DNA of 61,704 nucleotides, filler included, from Callorhinchus milii (GCF_018977255.1; 2 parts of 2 records of this genome joined end to end with filler, not necessarily neighbours in it), one strand, 5' to 3'; positions 12,067 to 25,209 are shown, counted from the whole stretch's first letter. Notes: generated by a model from the sequence alone, not told the origin. Numbers and translations: made by a program.

Positions 12067-12480
12067 ATGTACTGCTTAGTGCTCGCTCTCTCTGTGCTGT
12101 TCATGGCTCAGGGAGGAGTCACCAGTCGCCGTAAGTAAACCCTAATGTTCGTCTCTCTCCTCCTCACCGACCCCCTCCAGCCCTGCACTCCCCGCCCGAC
12201 TCGCTCCCCACACATCATCCGCGCGGTGTGAGTGACGCTGTGTGAGTGTGAGCTGTTGTGAAGCTCTGAGACGTCCGTGTGGTGTGAGCGGCGCTGTGTA
12301 ACTGAGTGTAACTGTGCAGTTTCAAGTGGAGGTGGAGGTGGAAGTGCAACACGATGGACGTCCCGGCATTGTGAATTCCGTGGAGGAGTCTGTGCGGATT
12401 CGTGTCTGACAACACAGAGACGTATTGGATATTGCTCTGATGTTGAGGGCATTTGCTGCATATTAAGAAGGCAAAGCTGA
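12067..12480 (+). CDS. Intact two-exon beta-defensin-like prepropeptide (exon 1 12067-12130, exon 2 12320-12480; 74 aa MYCLVLALSVLFMAQGGVTSRLSSGGGGGSATRWTSRHCEFRGGVCADSCLTTQRRIGYCSDVEGICCILRRQS)
   Basis: Hand-spliced. The hydrophobic signal-peptide exon ends at C|GTAAGT (phase 1). The 189-nt intron ends at ...TGTGCAG. Exon 2 carries C-x6-C-x3-C-x9-C-x6-CC with GxC before Cys2 and Cys4. A TATA-like GATAAATA lies upstream and AATAAA at 12599-12604. Confidence 0.88.
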
Positions 12481-12598
12481 GGCAGCGGAATGGAGCGCTG
12501 TCTGTCACCAGCGCAGGAGAAAGGATGGGATTGTCAATGTCTCAGCCACCGGCCTCCTGTAGCTTGTAACCCACTCTCTGAACAACAGGGCGGAGGGC

Positions 12599-12604
12599 AA
12601 TAAA
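12599..12604 (+). terminator. Polyadenylation signal AATAAA of the defensin-like gene
   Basis: AATAAATAAA about 120 nt after the TGA. An equivalent signal follows the paralogue at ~18843. Confidence 0.65.
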
Positions 12605-15600
12605 TAAATATCATTCATCTCATGATCAGTCTGGTCTTTGTGTTTCTCAGTTAGAGTGAGTGAGAGAGAGAGAGAGAATGTGAAAGAGAGAGTGTGTGAG
12701 AGAGTGTGTGTGAGAGAGAGAGAGTGGTCGCTGAATCCATGACTGTTTGTGGGATGCAATCAGCTGCCAAATTTTGCCAAAACAATGCACAGTCAATCGT
12801 TTTTACAGTTTATATTGTGAAGCAATTTCAGACGTCTCAACAAAAGGATAAGGCGCTGTATCAAACACAAGGAATATTATTATTATCATTATTGCAGCTC
12901 TCCCAGGTCAGCTACAGCACGGGGTAGATACAGACACGGCTGAGCATCACACCACACACCAGGTCTAGTCGGGCTCCACTGGTTTCCTACGGCCGAAAGG
13001 ATTGATTTTGAGTTCCTCACTCTCGTTTTCCAATCCCTTCATGCCCTGCACCACGCTACGTCTCCGACCTGCTTACCGTCCATCCTACAACCCGCTGCCT
13101 CCGCTTGACTGACACCTAATTGTCCATAGTTCCTCCATTGGTGGCCGCGCTATCAACCACAACTCCCCGAAACTCTGGAACACTGTTCCTCTACCTGTCC
13201 GACTTATCCACTCCTTCCCCGTCTTCAGGACGCGCCTGAAGAACTTCCTCTTTGACCGTGCCAATGGTCAACTTCCCCTCTCAATCTGGCTCGGCATCGT
13301 GCTCTGCCACTGTCAAGCGCTCTGGGAAGCTAACGTACGTGAGGAGCGCTGTGCTAATGAAAGTTGTGGAGTAAAGCTCCCTCTGCACTGCCCATCCAGC
13401 ACTCCCAGACAGTCACTGTGTATTGTGGAGTCGGGTAGTGAATCTCTCCGCGATTAAACTGACAGAAAATCAAAACATCTTTGCTCTCCTGAGGGTCTGA
13501 AATTCTCATAATCTGAGGCTTAAGACCATCACCTTGAAGTTTAAGGGGCATCAAAGATTGGTAAAATACACTGTATTTCAGTGTGAATTTGGAAATCGTT
13601 CTCCTGCAATTCATATATAGAAACCCAACTCCAAATATCATCTGACTTTTACACGATGATCAAAATTCTACACCGTCCTGAACAAAATCCTCCATTCACT
13701 GAGGCAGTGGTAGCGCTCTCGCCTCTGAGTAAAAAGGTTGTGGGTTTCAGTCCCACTTTGGGTCTTGGAAACACATAGTCTAAGACGATGCTCCAATGCA
13801 GTTCTGGGGGTTGGGAATACACTGTCGGAGGCGCTGTACTTTGGATGAGATGTTAAACCATATTCCAATCTGTCAGTTCAGGACTGACACACAGTGACTG
13901 ACCGACACTGACACACAGTGACTGAGAAACACTGACATACAGTGACTGAGCGACACTGACACACAGTGACTCAGAGACACCTACACACAGTGACTGAGCG
14001 ACTCTGACACACGGTGACTCAGCGACACTGACACACGGTGACTGGGCTGAGCTGACACAATGACGGAGCCAGACTGATACCCAGTGTCTGGGCCATGGTA
14101 GTTCTCTCGGGCTGCTGTTACCATCTCTGCTCTCGCTGAGTGCGTGTCTGAGGGTCTTGGAACCCATGTAGTCTAAGCTGACACTCCAGTGCATTGCTGG
14201 GGGGAGAGCACCACATTGTTGGAGTGATGAGACGTTAAATGTCATTCCCGTTTGCACCACTTTGTATTGACGAACGGAAAACCTAATAACATCGCAGAAG
14301 ATTTGACCACAAAAGTGGCAACCAGTGTCACAAAATGGGATCCAGCCATATTTTAGCCATCTTTGGAACAAGTGGCCACAATAATCTCTGGGGATAAATC
14401 TGTAGATTTACAAATGTGCCCATGACACTGATGTGGAAATAATACAAACTATCGAAACATTAAATTCTAAAGTTTCTGTGAATAATCACTATTCAAACCA
14501 TAGATCAGATTGAAGTGTCAAACAAGGTTTGCTGTTTTACAAAGATTTTTGTCTGGTTCCGACAAGGTGTCCGAATAATATTTTACAACAAGTACATGAT
14601 GCTCCCACTTCTGGACATCAATCCAGGTCTACTGTGTTACAACGACTACAACAAGTATCCTGGTGGTCTAATTGTGCAGAAAATGTAAAACAATATTGTG
14701 CTAATTGACTAATTGGTGCACAAATTAACTGTACCTGACTTAAATTTTCAAAAAAGCTTCGTTGGAACATACCAGACCAGTGGAGGGTCCAATGACATTA
14801 TTGTACATTGATTTTATTGATCCACTTCTTTCAACTCCTCGTAAAAACTGTTACGTATTAGTGGTAACTGATACATACACAAAATGAGCTGAAGTATTTC
14901 CAATACCTCATAATACGGCACAAGCGACTGTAAACATTTTATGGAATCATATAGTCACTTGATTGGGCTTCAAACAGGTATTGATTATTACCTTCAAACA
15001 GGTATTGATAGGTATCACCCCTCACGCTGCTGAAACACTGGTCCACTCCTTTATCACCTCAAGGCTGAACTACGGAAACTCTCTCCTCATCGGCCTTCCC
15101 GGCCCTCCCTCCACAAGCTGCAGGTCATTAGGAACTCTGCAGCTCGTGTACTGTCCCGCACCAGGCTGCGCGACCACATCACTCCCACCCTCGCTCGCCT
15201 CCACTGGCTCCCCATCCCCCAGAGGATCGAATTCAAAATCCTTATCCTCACCTACAGGGCCATTCACGGCCTTGCTCCCTCCCACCTCTCCAACCTACTA
15301 TCCCCTTACATACCTGCCCGTAACCTCCGTTCCTCTGGCTCCAGTCTGCTCCACATCCCCCGCCCTAACTGCCCTACCATCGGTGGCCGGGCTTTCAGCC
15401 TCTCAGCCCCGAGGCTCTGGAATCCCATCCCCCAGTGCCTTCGCCGCTTCCTCACTTTCCTTCTTCAAGGCCGGTCTCAAGACCTTTCTCTTCAACCGTG
15501 CCTTCAGCTCCCCTCTCGACTCTCTACCCCCTCCTCACTCCCTCCCTTCCCTGCCCTCACCCTGACCAGTACCCCCCTGCTCGGGTCCTGTCCCAAATGT

Positions 15601-16719
15601 CCACGCATTGGGACGTCCTCCCGACGTAAAAGGCACTCCAAAAATGCAATCTTGTTGTTGTTGTTGATTGGGATCAAGAGTCTCACTTTACAAGAAAGGT
15701 AATGGTATGTGTAGCACAGTTGCTGGAATTACACAGGAATTCCATATTGCACTATCCTCAATCATCGAGAATAGTGGAAAGTATGAACCCAAATCTAAAA
15801 ACTATGTAGCAAAAATTTATCACTGAAAAGGTAAAATATTGGGATCAATTGTTCCCAACAACGACAACGACAAGATTACATTTGTACAGTGCATTTCACG
15901 TCGGGAGGATGTCCCAAGGCGCTGGACAGAGTACAGCATTTCAGATTAATTAGTACTAATTACCATCAGTGCTGATCACAATTAGATCAACACCTTCTCA
16001 GACAGCAACTTTTCCGCCATATCATAGAATTATAGGATTATACAGCACAGAATGAGGCAATCGGCCCCTCGTGTCTGTGCCAACTCTTTGAAAAGAACAA
16101 TCCAATTCAATCCCACTCCCCCACTCTCTCCCCATAGCTCTGCAATCTTGTCCTCCCCAAATAATTAACTACTTCTCTCTTAAAAGCTGCTAATGAATCG
16201 GCTTCCATCCTCTTTCATGCAATGCATTCCAGATCCCAACAATGTGTTGCAGATTACCTCACATCTGTTTCTTTTAACAGCTATTTTAAATCAGTATCCT
16301 CGAGTTAACAACCAGCCCATCCAGTTCAAATAGTTTCTCCTTGTCCATCCGATCAATCCCCTCATAATTCTTCACTGTAAAGTGTAGTGACTGTGTGTTT
16401 TGTGGGACAACGTGGCAGCCAATTTGAGCCCAACAACATCCCCTCAAACAGCTGCAAGAGAATTTGTCTGTTGCGCAGAACACAGGATGGAGCACCATCT
16501 GTTGTGTCTCTCCATCATCACAAATGACTCATTATTTTGTAACCGAGTGTGAAACACCCCTCACATTGGCAATGAAAGCAGTCGGAGTGCTTTGCATATG
16601 TAACCGCTGCCCTCAGTATGTGAAGGGGATAGATACCTGCCATATTCAGACAACTTCATACAGTCTCTGACCAACGTGTCTCCTGCTATCTTGGCAAGGC
16701 ATCCAGACTTCCAGAGACC

Positions 16720-16914
16720 ATGTACTGCTTAGTGCTCGCTCTCTCTGTGCTGTTCATGGCTCAGGGAGTCACCAGTCAACGTGAGTAAATCCCAATATTT
16801 GTCTCTCTCCTCCTCACCAACGCCCTCCAGCCCTGCACTCCCCGCCCGACTCGCTCCCCACGCATCATCCGTGCGGTGTGAGTTGACGCTGTATAATTGA
16901 GTTGTTCTGTGCAG
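16720..16914 (+). pseudogene. Beta-defensin-like pseudogene C: promoter, intact signal exon (16720-16780) and shortened intron; exon 2 replaced by integrase DNA
   Basis: MYCLVLALSVLFMAQGVTSQ followed by a GTGAGT donor. The acceptor ...TTCTGTGCAG at ~16914 is followed by LTR-element integrase sequence rather than the Cys exon. Confidence 0.75.
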
Positions 16915-18091
16915 ATGCTATTAAATTTTAAAAAATCATTGTTGAAACATAATAGACCAATAGAGAGTTTAGGAGCATTGTTGCAAATTGATTTTATTGG
17001 TCCACTTCCTCTTACACCTCGTAAAAACCGTTATGTATTAGTGGTAAAAGATACGTTCACAAAATGAGTTGAAGCACTTCCAATTCCTTATAATACTGCC
17101 ATAGCTACTGTAAACATTTTAGCGAATTACATTGTCACTTGATGGGGCTTCCATCAGGTATTGGTTGGGATCAAGGGTCTCACTTCATAAGAAAGGTGAT
17201 GGGATGTGCAACACAGTTGCTTGGAATTACACAGGAATTCCATATTGCACCATCCTCAATCATCGGGAAGAGTGGAAAGTATGGACCCAAATCTAAAAAC
17301 CATGTGGCACAAATTTATCACTGAAAAGGTAAAATGTTGGGATCAATTGTGATCATTAGTGCTAATCACAATTAGATCAACACCGTCTCAGACAGAAACA
17401 TTTGCACTGTATCACAGAATTATAGGATTATACAGCAAAGAAGGAGGCCAATCGGCACCTCATGTCTGTGCAGCCTCTTTGAAAAGATCTATTCAATTCA
17501 AACCCACTCCCCCCTCTCTCCCCATAGCCCTGCAAACTTGTTCTCCCCAAATAAATATCTATTTGCCTTTTAAAGGTTGTTATCGAACCAGTTTCCACCA
17601 CCTTTCAGGCAATGCATTCCAGATCCCAACAACGTATTCAAGTTCACATTCACTGTTTCATTAACAACTATTTCAAATCATTGTCCTCGGGTTACCAACC
17701 AGCCCGCCAGTTCAAATAATTTCTCCTTGTGCATCCAATCGAATCCGCTCATAATTCTTCACTATAAAGTGTAGTGACTGTGTGTTTTGTGGGCCAAAAT
17801 GGCAGGCAATTGGAGCACAACAAAGTCCCCTCAAACAGCCGCAAGCAAATTGGTCTTTTGCCCAGAACACAGGATGGAGCAACTTCTCTTGTACCTCTCC
17901 ATCATCACAAATGACTCATTATTTTTGCCTATTGAGTGTGAAACACCCCTCACATTGGCAATGAAAGCAGTCGGAGTGCTTTGCACGTGCAACCGCTGCC
18001 CTCAGTATGTGAAGGGGATAAATACCTGTCATATTCAGACAACTTCATGCAGTCTCTGACCAACGTGTCTCCCTCTAGACTTCCAGAGACC

Positions 18092-18724
18092 ATGTACTGC
18101 TTAGTGCTCGCTCTCGCTGTGCTGTTCCTGGCTCAGGGAGTCACCAGTCAATAATAATAATAATAATAATAATCCTTGCATTTGATATAGTGCTTTTTAC
18201 ATCGGAAGGACGTCCCAAAGCTCTTCACAGAACATACTGTAAAGTGAATTGATTGTATATTTGTGGGCAAAAGCGGAAGCCAATTGCGCACAGCAATGTC
18301 CCACAAACAGTCGTAGATTGAAAATTACCAATTAATTTTTGTTTTTGGAGGGATTATTGATGTGAGTAAAAGTATTCAATGTGAGTAAACCCCAATGTTC
18401 GTCTCGCTCCTCCTCACCAACTGCCTCCAGCCCTGCACTCGCCGCCCGACTCGCTCCCCACGCATCATCCGTGCGGTGTGAGTGACCCAGTGTGAGTGTG
18501 AGCTGTTGTGAAGATCTGAGACGTCAGTGTGGTGTGAACAGGACTGTATAACTGAGTATAACTGTGCAGGGCGAGGTGCACATAGAGGTTCGATGAGATC
18601 GTCGTCCCAGGTTTGTGAATTTCGTGGAGGAGTGTGCACGGATTAGTGTCTGGCAACACAGAGACATGTTGGAGATTGCTTTGGTGTTGGGGGCATTTGC
18701 TGCATACAAAGAAGGAAAAGGTGA
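18092..18724 (+). pseudogene. Beta-defensin-like pseudogene D (exon 1 from 18092 interrupted by a retroposon tail; exon 2 18570-18724)
   Basis: Exon 2 reads RGAHRGSMRSSSQVCEFRGGVCTD*CLATQRHVGDCFGVGGICCIQRRKR with TAG at 18644-18646. A ~225-nt insertion starting with (TAA)n sits at the exon-1 donor. Confidence 0.8.
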
Positions 18725-19849
18725 GGCGGCGGAATGGAGCGCTGTCTGTCACCAGCGCAGGAGAAAGGATGGGATTGTCAATGTCTCAGCCACCGGCCTC
18801 CTGTAGCTTGTAACCCACTCCCTGAACGACAGGGTGGAGGGCAATAAATAAATATCATTCATCTCATGATCAGTCTGGTCTTCGTGTTTCTGAGAGAGAG
18901 AGAGAGAGAGAGAATGTGAAAGAGAGAGTGTGTGAGAGAGAGTGTGTGAGAGAGAGAGGTCACTGAATCCATGAGTGTTTGTTGGACACTGCTGTTTGCA
19001 ATCTGCTGCCACATTTGGCCCAAACAATGCACAGTCAATGATCTTTAAAGTATGACTTGTGAAGCAATTTGAGATGTCTCAATAACGTGATCAGACGCTA
19101 TATCAAATGCAATGATTATTATTATTATTATTACAGCTCTCTCAGGTCAGCTATCGGGCAGGTTAGATACAGACATGGGTGAGCATCACACCACACACCA
19201 TGTCTCGCCAGGCTCCACTGGTTCCCTATCGCTGAAAGCATCAAGTTCAAGATCCTCGCACTCGTTTTCAAATCTCTTCATGACTTGGCACCACCCAAAC
19301 TGCTTACCACTAACCTACAGCCCTGCGCCTCCGCTCGACTGGCTCCTGCTTGTCCATTGTTCTTTCCTTCCCACCATCCACTGTGACCCGAAACTCTGGA
19401 CCACTCTTCTTCTATCCCTCCGGCTTGTCCCTCCTTCCCCACATTCAGGTCCACCCTGAAGACCTTCCTCTTTGACTGTGCCTACGGTCACCTCCCCCTC
19501 CCCCCGGCTCGGCATCGTGCTCTGCCACTGTCAAGCGCTCTGGGACGCAATCCTACATGAGGAGCGCTGTGTAAATGTTATTGAGGAGTATACCTCCGTC
19601 TACACTGCCCATCCTGCACTCCAGGCCGTCACTGTGTATTGCGCAGTCGTGTAGCTCCAGATTCACCGGACATTTACAGCGCGATCAAAATTCTGCACCG
19701 TCTTAAACAAAATCCTCAATTCACTGGCGCAGTAGTAACGATGGCACCTCTGAGTCAGAAGGTTGTGGGTTCCAGTCCCACATCGGGACATGGAAACACA
19801 TAGTCAAAGCTGATGCTCGAATGAAGTTCTGGGGTTTGTTGCAATGTCA

Positions 19850-20545
19850 GTGATGGTGAGTTGGTAGAGGGTTAGGGGGTCACAGAGGTAGGGTGGGGTG
19901 AGGCCATGGAGGGCTTTGTAGGTGAGGACCAGGATCTTGAACTGGATCCTCTGAAGGATATGACGCCAATGGAGTCGGGCGAGAATGGAGGAGATGGTGT
20001 CACGGAGTTTGGTGCGGGAGAACCCACGGGCTGCAGAGTTCTGGATTATCTGCAGCCTGTGGAGGGAGGAGTTGGGAAGGCCGATAAGCAGGAGGTTTGC
20101 GAATTCGAGCCTGGAGGTAATGAAGGCATGAACAAGCGATTCAGAGTCCTGAAGGGTGAGGTAGTGGTGGTGTCGGGCGATGTTACGGAGGTGAGGGAAG
20201 GCAGAGCGGGTCGTGGCTTGGATGTGGGGAAGAATAGATAGTTGAGTGTTGAACAAGACACCGAGGTTCCTGACCGGCTTGGTGAGTTGAAGTGTGCAAC
20301 CATGGAGGTTGATGCTGACAGAGCCTAAGGTGCAGAGGCACTGACGTGAGCCAATCGGGAGGGCCTCAGTCTTGTTCACATTCAACTGTATTAAATTTGC
20401 CCTCATCCAGGACTTGATGTCTGACAGGCAGTCTGTCAGGACAGCAGTGGTCCTGGAGTTGAGGGTGAAAGCAGGAAGATAGAGTTGGGTATCATCTTAT
20501 ACATATGGAAGTTGACCCCGTTTTCAGTGGATGATGTCACCAAGG
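19850..20545 (-). mobile_element. L2 LINE fragment
   Basis: ORF 19804-20406: LQLNVNKTE-like motif, then VRNLGVLF...HAFITSRL...LHW. Confidence 0.8.
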
Positions 20546-22050
20546 GTACCTACCACTCCACTCTAACCTCGGCCAAGTCGTCCTTCTACTCCAGGATAAT
20601 CCTGGAGGCGAAGAACAACCCCAGGCTTCTGTTTTCCACCACATCCCGACTTCTCCGTCCCCCCCGCCACCCCGCGCAGGTCATCTCCTCCAACCTTCAC
20701 TGCGAGGAGATGCTGGATTTCCTTGAATCCAAAATCAAGGGAATCCGCTCCGCGGTCACTTCCCCTCCAACTTCCACCCACCCCCAACCCCTTCCCTTCC
20801 AAACTCCGACTCCTACCCATCCTCCCCTACACACCTTCGTACCTGTTTCCCCACCCTCTGTCACCAAACTCATCCTGTCCTTGAAACCCACCACTTGCTC
20901 CTGGATCCCATCCCCCCTCCATTCCTTATCTCTCAGCTACACATCCTTGCCCCACTTCTCACAGACATCATCAACCTGTCCCTGTCGTCTGGCTCTGTTC
21001 CCATTCCCCAAAAAACTGCCACCATCACTCCCACTTTGAAAAAACCCTCCCTTGATACACCGCAGCTATCAAGCTACCGGCCCATCTCCAGCCTCCCTAT
21101 CCTGTCCAAGTTCTTTTAAAGACTCGTCGCCTCCCAGCTGCGCTCTTTCCTCTCCAACCATTCATTATTCGAACCTTTCAGTCGGGTTTCCGTGCTGCCC
21201 ATAGCACAGAAACCGCCCTGGTCAAGGTCACTAATGACATCTTGACCATCTGCGACCAGGGCTCCCTCTGCCTCCTCGTCCTCCTCGACCTATCGGCCAC
21301 ATTCGATACGGTCAACCAGTTTATCCTCCTCCACCAATTGTCCTCCCACCTCAAGCTTCAAGGCCCTGTCGTTGAGTGGTTTAGGTTGAACCTTTGTTCG
21401 ACCCTGAGCTGTCCTTTCTTCCTCATATCTGCGCCACAACTGGCATCGCCTTCCATCACTTCCGGAATATCGCCAGACTACGGCACTACCTCACCCCTCA
21501 CGCTGCTGAAACTCTGTTCCACGCCTTTACCACTTCAAGGCTGGACTATGGGAACTCTCTCCTCACCGGACTTCCTGGCACCTCCCTCCACAAGCTGCAG
21601 GTCATTCAGAACTCTGCAGATCATGTACTGTCCCGCACCAGGCTTCGCACCCACATCACTCCCACCCTCGCTCACCTCCACTGGCTCCCCATCCCCCAGA
21701 GGATCGAATTCAAGATCCTCATCCTCACCTTAAAGGCCATTCATGGCCATGCTTCCTACTACCTCTCCATCCTGCTCTCCCCCTACTTACCTGCCCGTAC
21801 CCTCCGTTCCTCTGGCTCCTGTCTGCTCCACATCCCCCGCCCTAACTGACCTACCATCGGTGGCCGATTCTTCAGCCTCTCAGCCCCGAGGCTCTGGAAA
21901 TCCATCCCCCAGTGCCTTCGCCGCTTCCTCCCTTTCCTACTTCAAGTTCGGTCTCAAGACCTTTCTCTTCCACCGTGCCTTCAGCTCCCCTCTCGACTCT
22001 ATACCTCCTCCTCACTCCCTCCCTACCGCTCCCCTCACCCTGACCATTTC
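20545..22050 (+). mobile_element. L2 LINE ORF2 fragment (tether, RT, C-terminus; internally deleted)
   Basis: AKSSFYSRII..NNPRLLF, LDPIP...IINLSLSSG...YRPISSLPILSK, LLDLSATFDTVN, SRLDYGNSLL...LHWLP. Confidence 0.85.
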
Positions 22051-24639
22051 CCCCCCGCGTGTGTGTGAGTGAATGAGTGAGTGTTTGTGTGTGTGAGAGG
22101 AAGTCAGGCAGTCAGTCAGTGAGTCAGTGAGTGAGCAAGAAATTGACTGCCACGTTTCGCCCACAAAATACACAGTCAATCCACTTTACAGTATATTCAG
22201 TGAAATGCTTTAAGACGTCTCGACGACATGATAAGGAGCTCTACCAAATACAGCGATTATTATTAACAATATATGATTATTAACAAAGGAACAGAAGGAG
22301 GCCATACGGCCCCGAGAGCCTGAGCCAACACGTTCCAAGTTCACGCTCAATCCGCAACTCAATGCCATCTCCCTCCCTCTCTCTCTCCCCAAACCCTAAT
22401 ATCACTGTCTCTGTACCTATCAAGTAATTATCTGTTTGCCTTGAAAAAGGATCCATTGACTCAGCCTCCACTGCCCTCTAAGGGAGTGAATTCCACACTC
22501 CCAACACCCACTGTGTAACAATGTTATCCCTCTGTCACTTCTAAACGGTTTAGCCTCAAGTTTAAGACTTTGGCCTCTAGTCCTCAATTCCCTCACCAGA
22601 GGAAACAGCTACTCACTATTGACCTGTTAAATCCCTTCACAAAGTTATACATACATATATATACCTCCCTCTATTCCCTCCACTCACCCTGAACATTTCC
22701 CACCTCCTCGCCCCCTCCCTTCCTTCCCCTCACCCTGACCATTTCCCCCCTCCTCGCTCCCTCTATTCCTTCCACTAACCCTGAACATTTCCCACCTCCT
22801 CGCCCCCTCCCTTCCCTCCCCTCACCCTGACCATTTCCCACCTGCTCGCTCCCTCCCTTCCCTCCCCTCACCCTGACCATTTCCCACCTGCTCGGGTCCT
22901 GACCCAACTGTCCAGTGCTTTGGGACGTCCTCCCGACATGAAAAACGCTCTATAAATGGAATCATGTTGTTGTTGCTGTTGTTCATATTCAGACAATGGC
23001 CACAATGTTCTCAAATGATTCACATTCGAAGACCTTTAATTCTAAAGAAGTTTTAATCAACAGTTAAAAAAAAATTACAATTGTCGGGACTTTCAGGTAA
23101 CCAACTTAATCGCTCTCAGACATCCTCCTGACAGAAATGTAAATGATGTTGCATTGTGTTGAAGTAAAGATTCATCCCTTCGCCGTATCAAGCACCTCAA
23201 TCACATTCATTCAAATCCGAATTAGATCTTTATTTTTGTTTAGAAAATAATATTTGTGGAATGCAGAATATCAGTAATTTGAGACATGACATACAGAAAG
23301 TGCAATTGCTTGGAGGAACCAGACAACTCTGGACCTGAGCTGTCTGGAATGAAATTGCTCCTTTGTAACTCTAAACCCATGTCTTCTTGTCCCACTGCCT
23401 TGTGACATCCTAACGTTACTAAAGTGAGAGAACAGGGACGTGCAGAGATAACGGAGCAGCTGCTGAGGTTCTGTGTGACCTAGAGCTCGGAGGTAAACTT
23501 GAAGAATTCATAGTTGTTGGAACCCAAAAGCTTCCCTCTCCTGTGTGTCCAACAACAGCACCGTGTCATGTGCTTCGATGCGTCCTCCCGCCGTGAAATG
23601 TGAGTTGCTGTTGTTGCGGCTGACACCCCGAGGCTCACACTCAGCTCATCAGTCCCCACTGCCATCCATCAGCTCCATCCTGTTATCATCCCACACACAC
23701 ACACCACACACACACAACACGCCTGCGATCACACTTACATTCGCCTGTAATCACTCACACACGCCTATAATCACACACACACACACACACTTACAGTCAC
23801 ACAAGCCTGTAATCACACACACTAACGCACAGGCTGGTGATGACAGGCTGAGGAGGCGCTAACCCAGGCTGGGCTCAGGCGATGTTGTGGAGTCTCAGAG
23901 CCCAGCCCCAATGACACGGTAACTAGTTCAGGTTGAATGTGGGCCGTGTGACCAGCAGCCCCTGCTTCCCCATCGCCTGCCACCTCAGGGGCTCAGAGTA
24001 TTCAACCAGCCTCACCTGTCAGGACACACAGTTACCCTCTCGCTGTCCATAGTACAGTCCCACCTCCTTCAGCCCCTCATTCATCTCCCTTTGGTACCAT
24101 CGCACAATCCCTCTGCCTCGGCCCCTCCCTTTACTTCCTCAAGGACCGTCTCAAAACCCTCCTCTTCGAACGCACCTTCAGTCACCCTCCTCCCCCTACC
24201 CTCCCTGCCCTCCAACCCTCCCGATCCCAACCTCCAGTTCGGGTCCAAATCCCTGACTGTCCAACACAATGGGACGTCCTCCTGACATGAATGGTGCTGT
24301 ACAAATGTCATTTGTTGTTGTTGTCTGTCGTCACCTTCCCACCTTCTCAAATTCCCACCATCCCACCTGATCTGAGGGGCCGAGTGGATCATGTCAGCAG
24401 GGACACAGCGCTTAAAACCCCGGAAGAGGATGGAAAAGCCGACCATAACATCGCCCTGATCACCTTTGTATGGCCACCTTTGTATGTAAGTGCCTGAAGC
24501 TGTGCCCGGAGCCCCTCTGAGCCGGAAACACACGTGTAGTTGACCTGCGGCAATGGTCAACTACATCTGGTGAATCGCCTCGTCACCAACCCTGACCAAT
24601 AACCATCAGGACATGGCCTGGCTGGCGATAAAGGGGACT

Positions 24640-24990
24640 GTGGCAGATGGAATGCAATGTGGGGAAGTGTGAGTTCATCCACTGTGGATCCAAAAGCAGA
24701 ATATTTTCTCAATGGTGAAAACTAAGAACTGGAGGAGCAAAGCGATTTGGGTGTCCATGTACACAAATCACTAAAAACAAGCTCACAGGTACAAAGAGAC
24801 CAATGGGATGTTGGTCTTTATCTCAAGGGGCTGGAATATAAAGCAGAGGAAATGATTCTTCAGCTGTATTGAGCCTTGGTCAGACCCCATCTGAATAGTC
24901 CATTCAGTTTTTGGGCACCGGAACTCAGGAAGGATATATTCGCTCTGGAGGGGGTGCAGAGCAGATTCACCAGAATGATACGAGGGCTTA
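24640..24990 (+). mobile_element. CR1 LINE RT C-terminal fragment
   Basis: WQMECNVGKCEFIH.G (equivalent to WQMxFNxxKC), DLGV, LVRPHL. Confidence 0.7.
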
Positions 24991-25209
24991 TTCATAATAA
25001 TGTTCCTTGCATTTGATTCATGCCTCATTGAATCTTCTTGGCAGTGTCCCACAAAGAGTCGTGAACCAAGTCACCATTTCTTTATTATTCCTTATTTTTT
25101 ATTATTTTTAGAGGGGATATTACCCTGGAAAAGTGAATCTTTTGTAGGAGGTAATAATCCCTTCTTTTGGGAGACAGGTCAGTTAGTGACGGGTATCTGT
25201 GACCAACAG

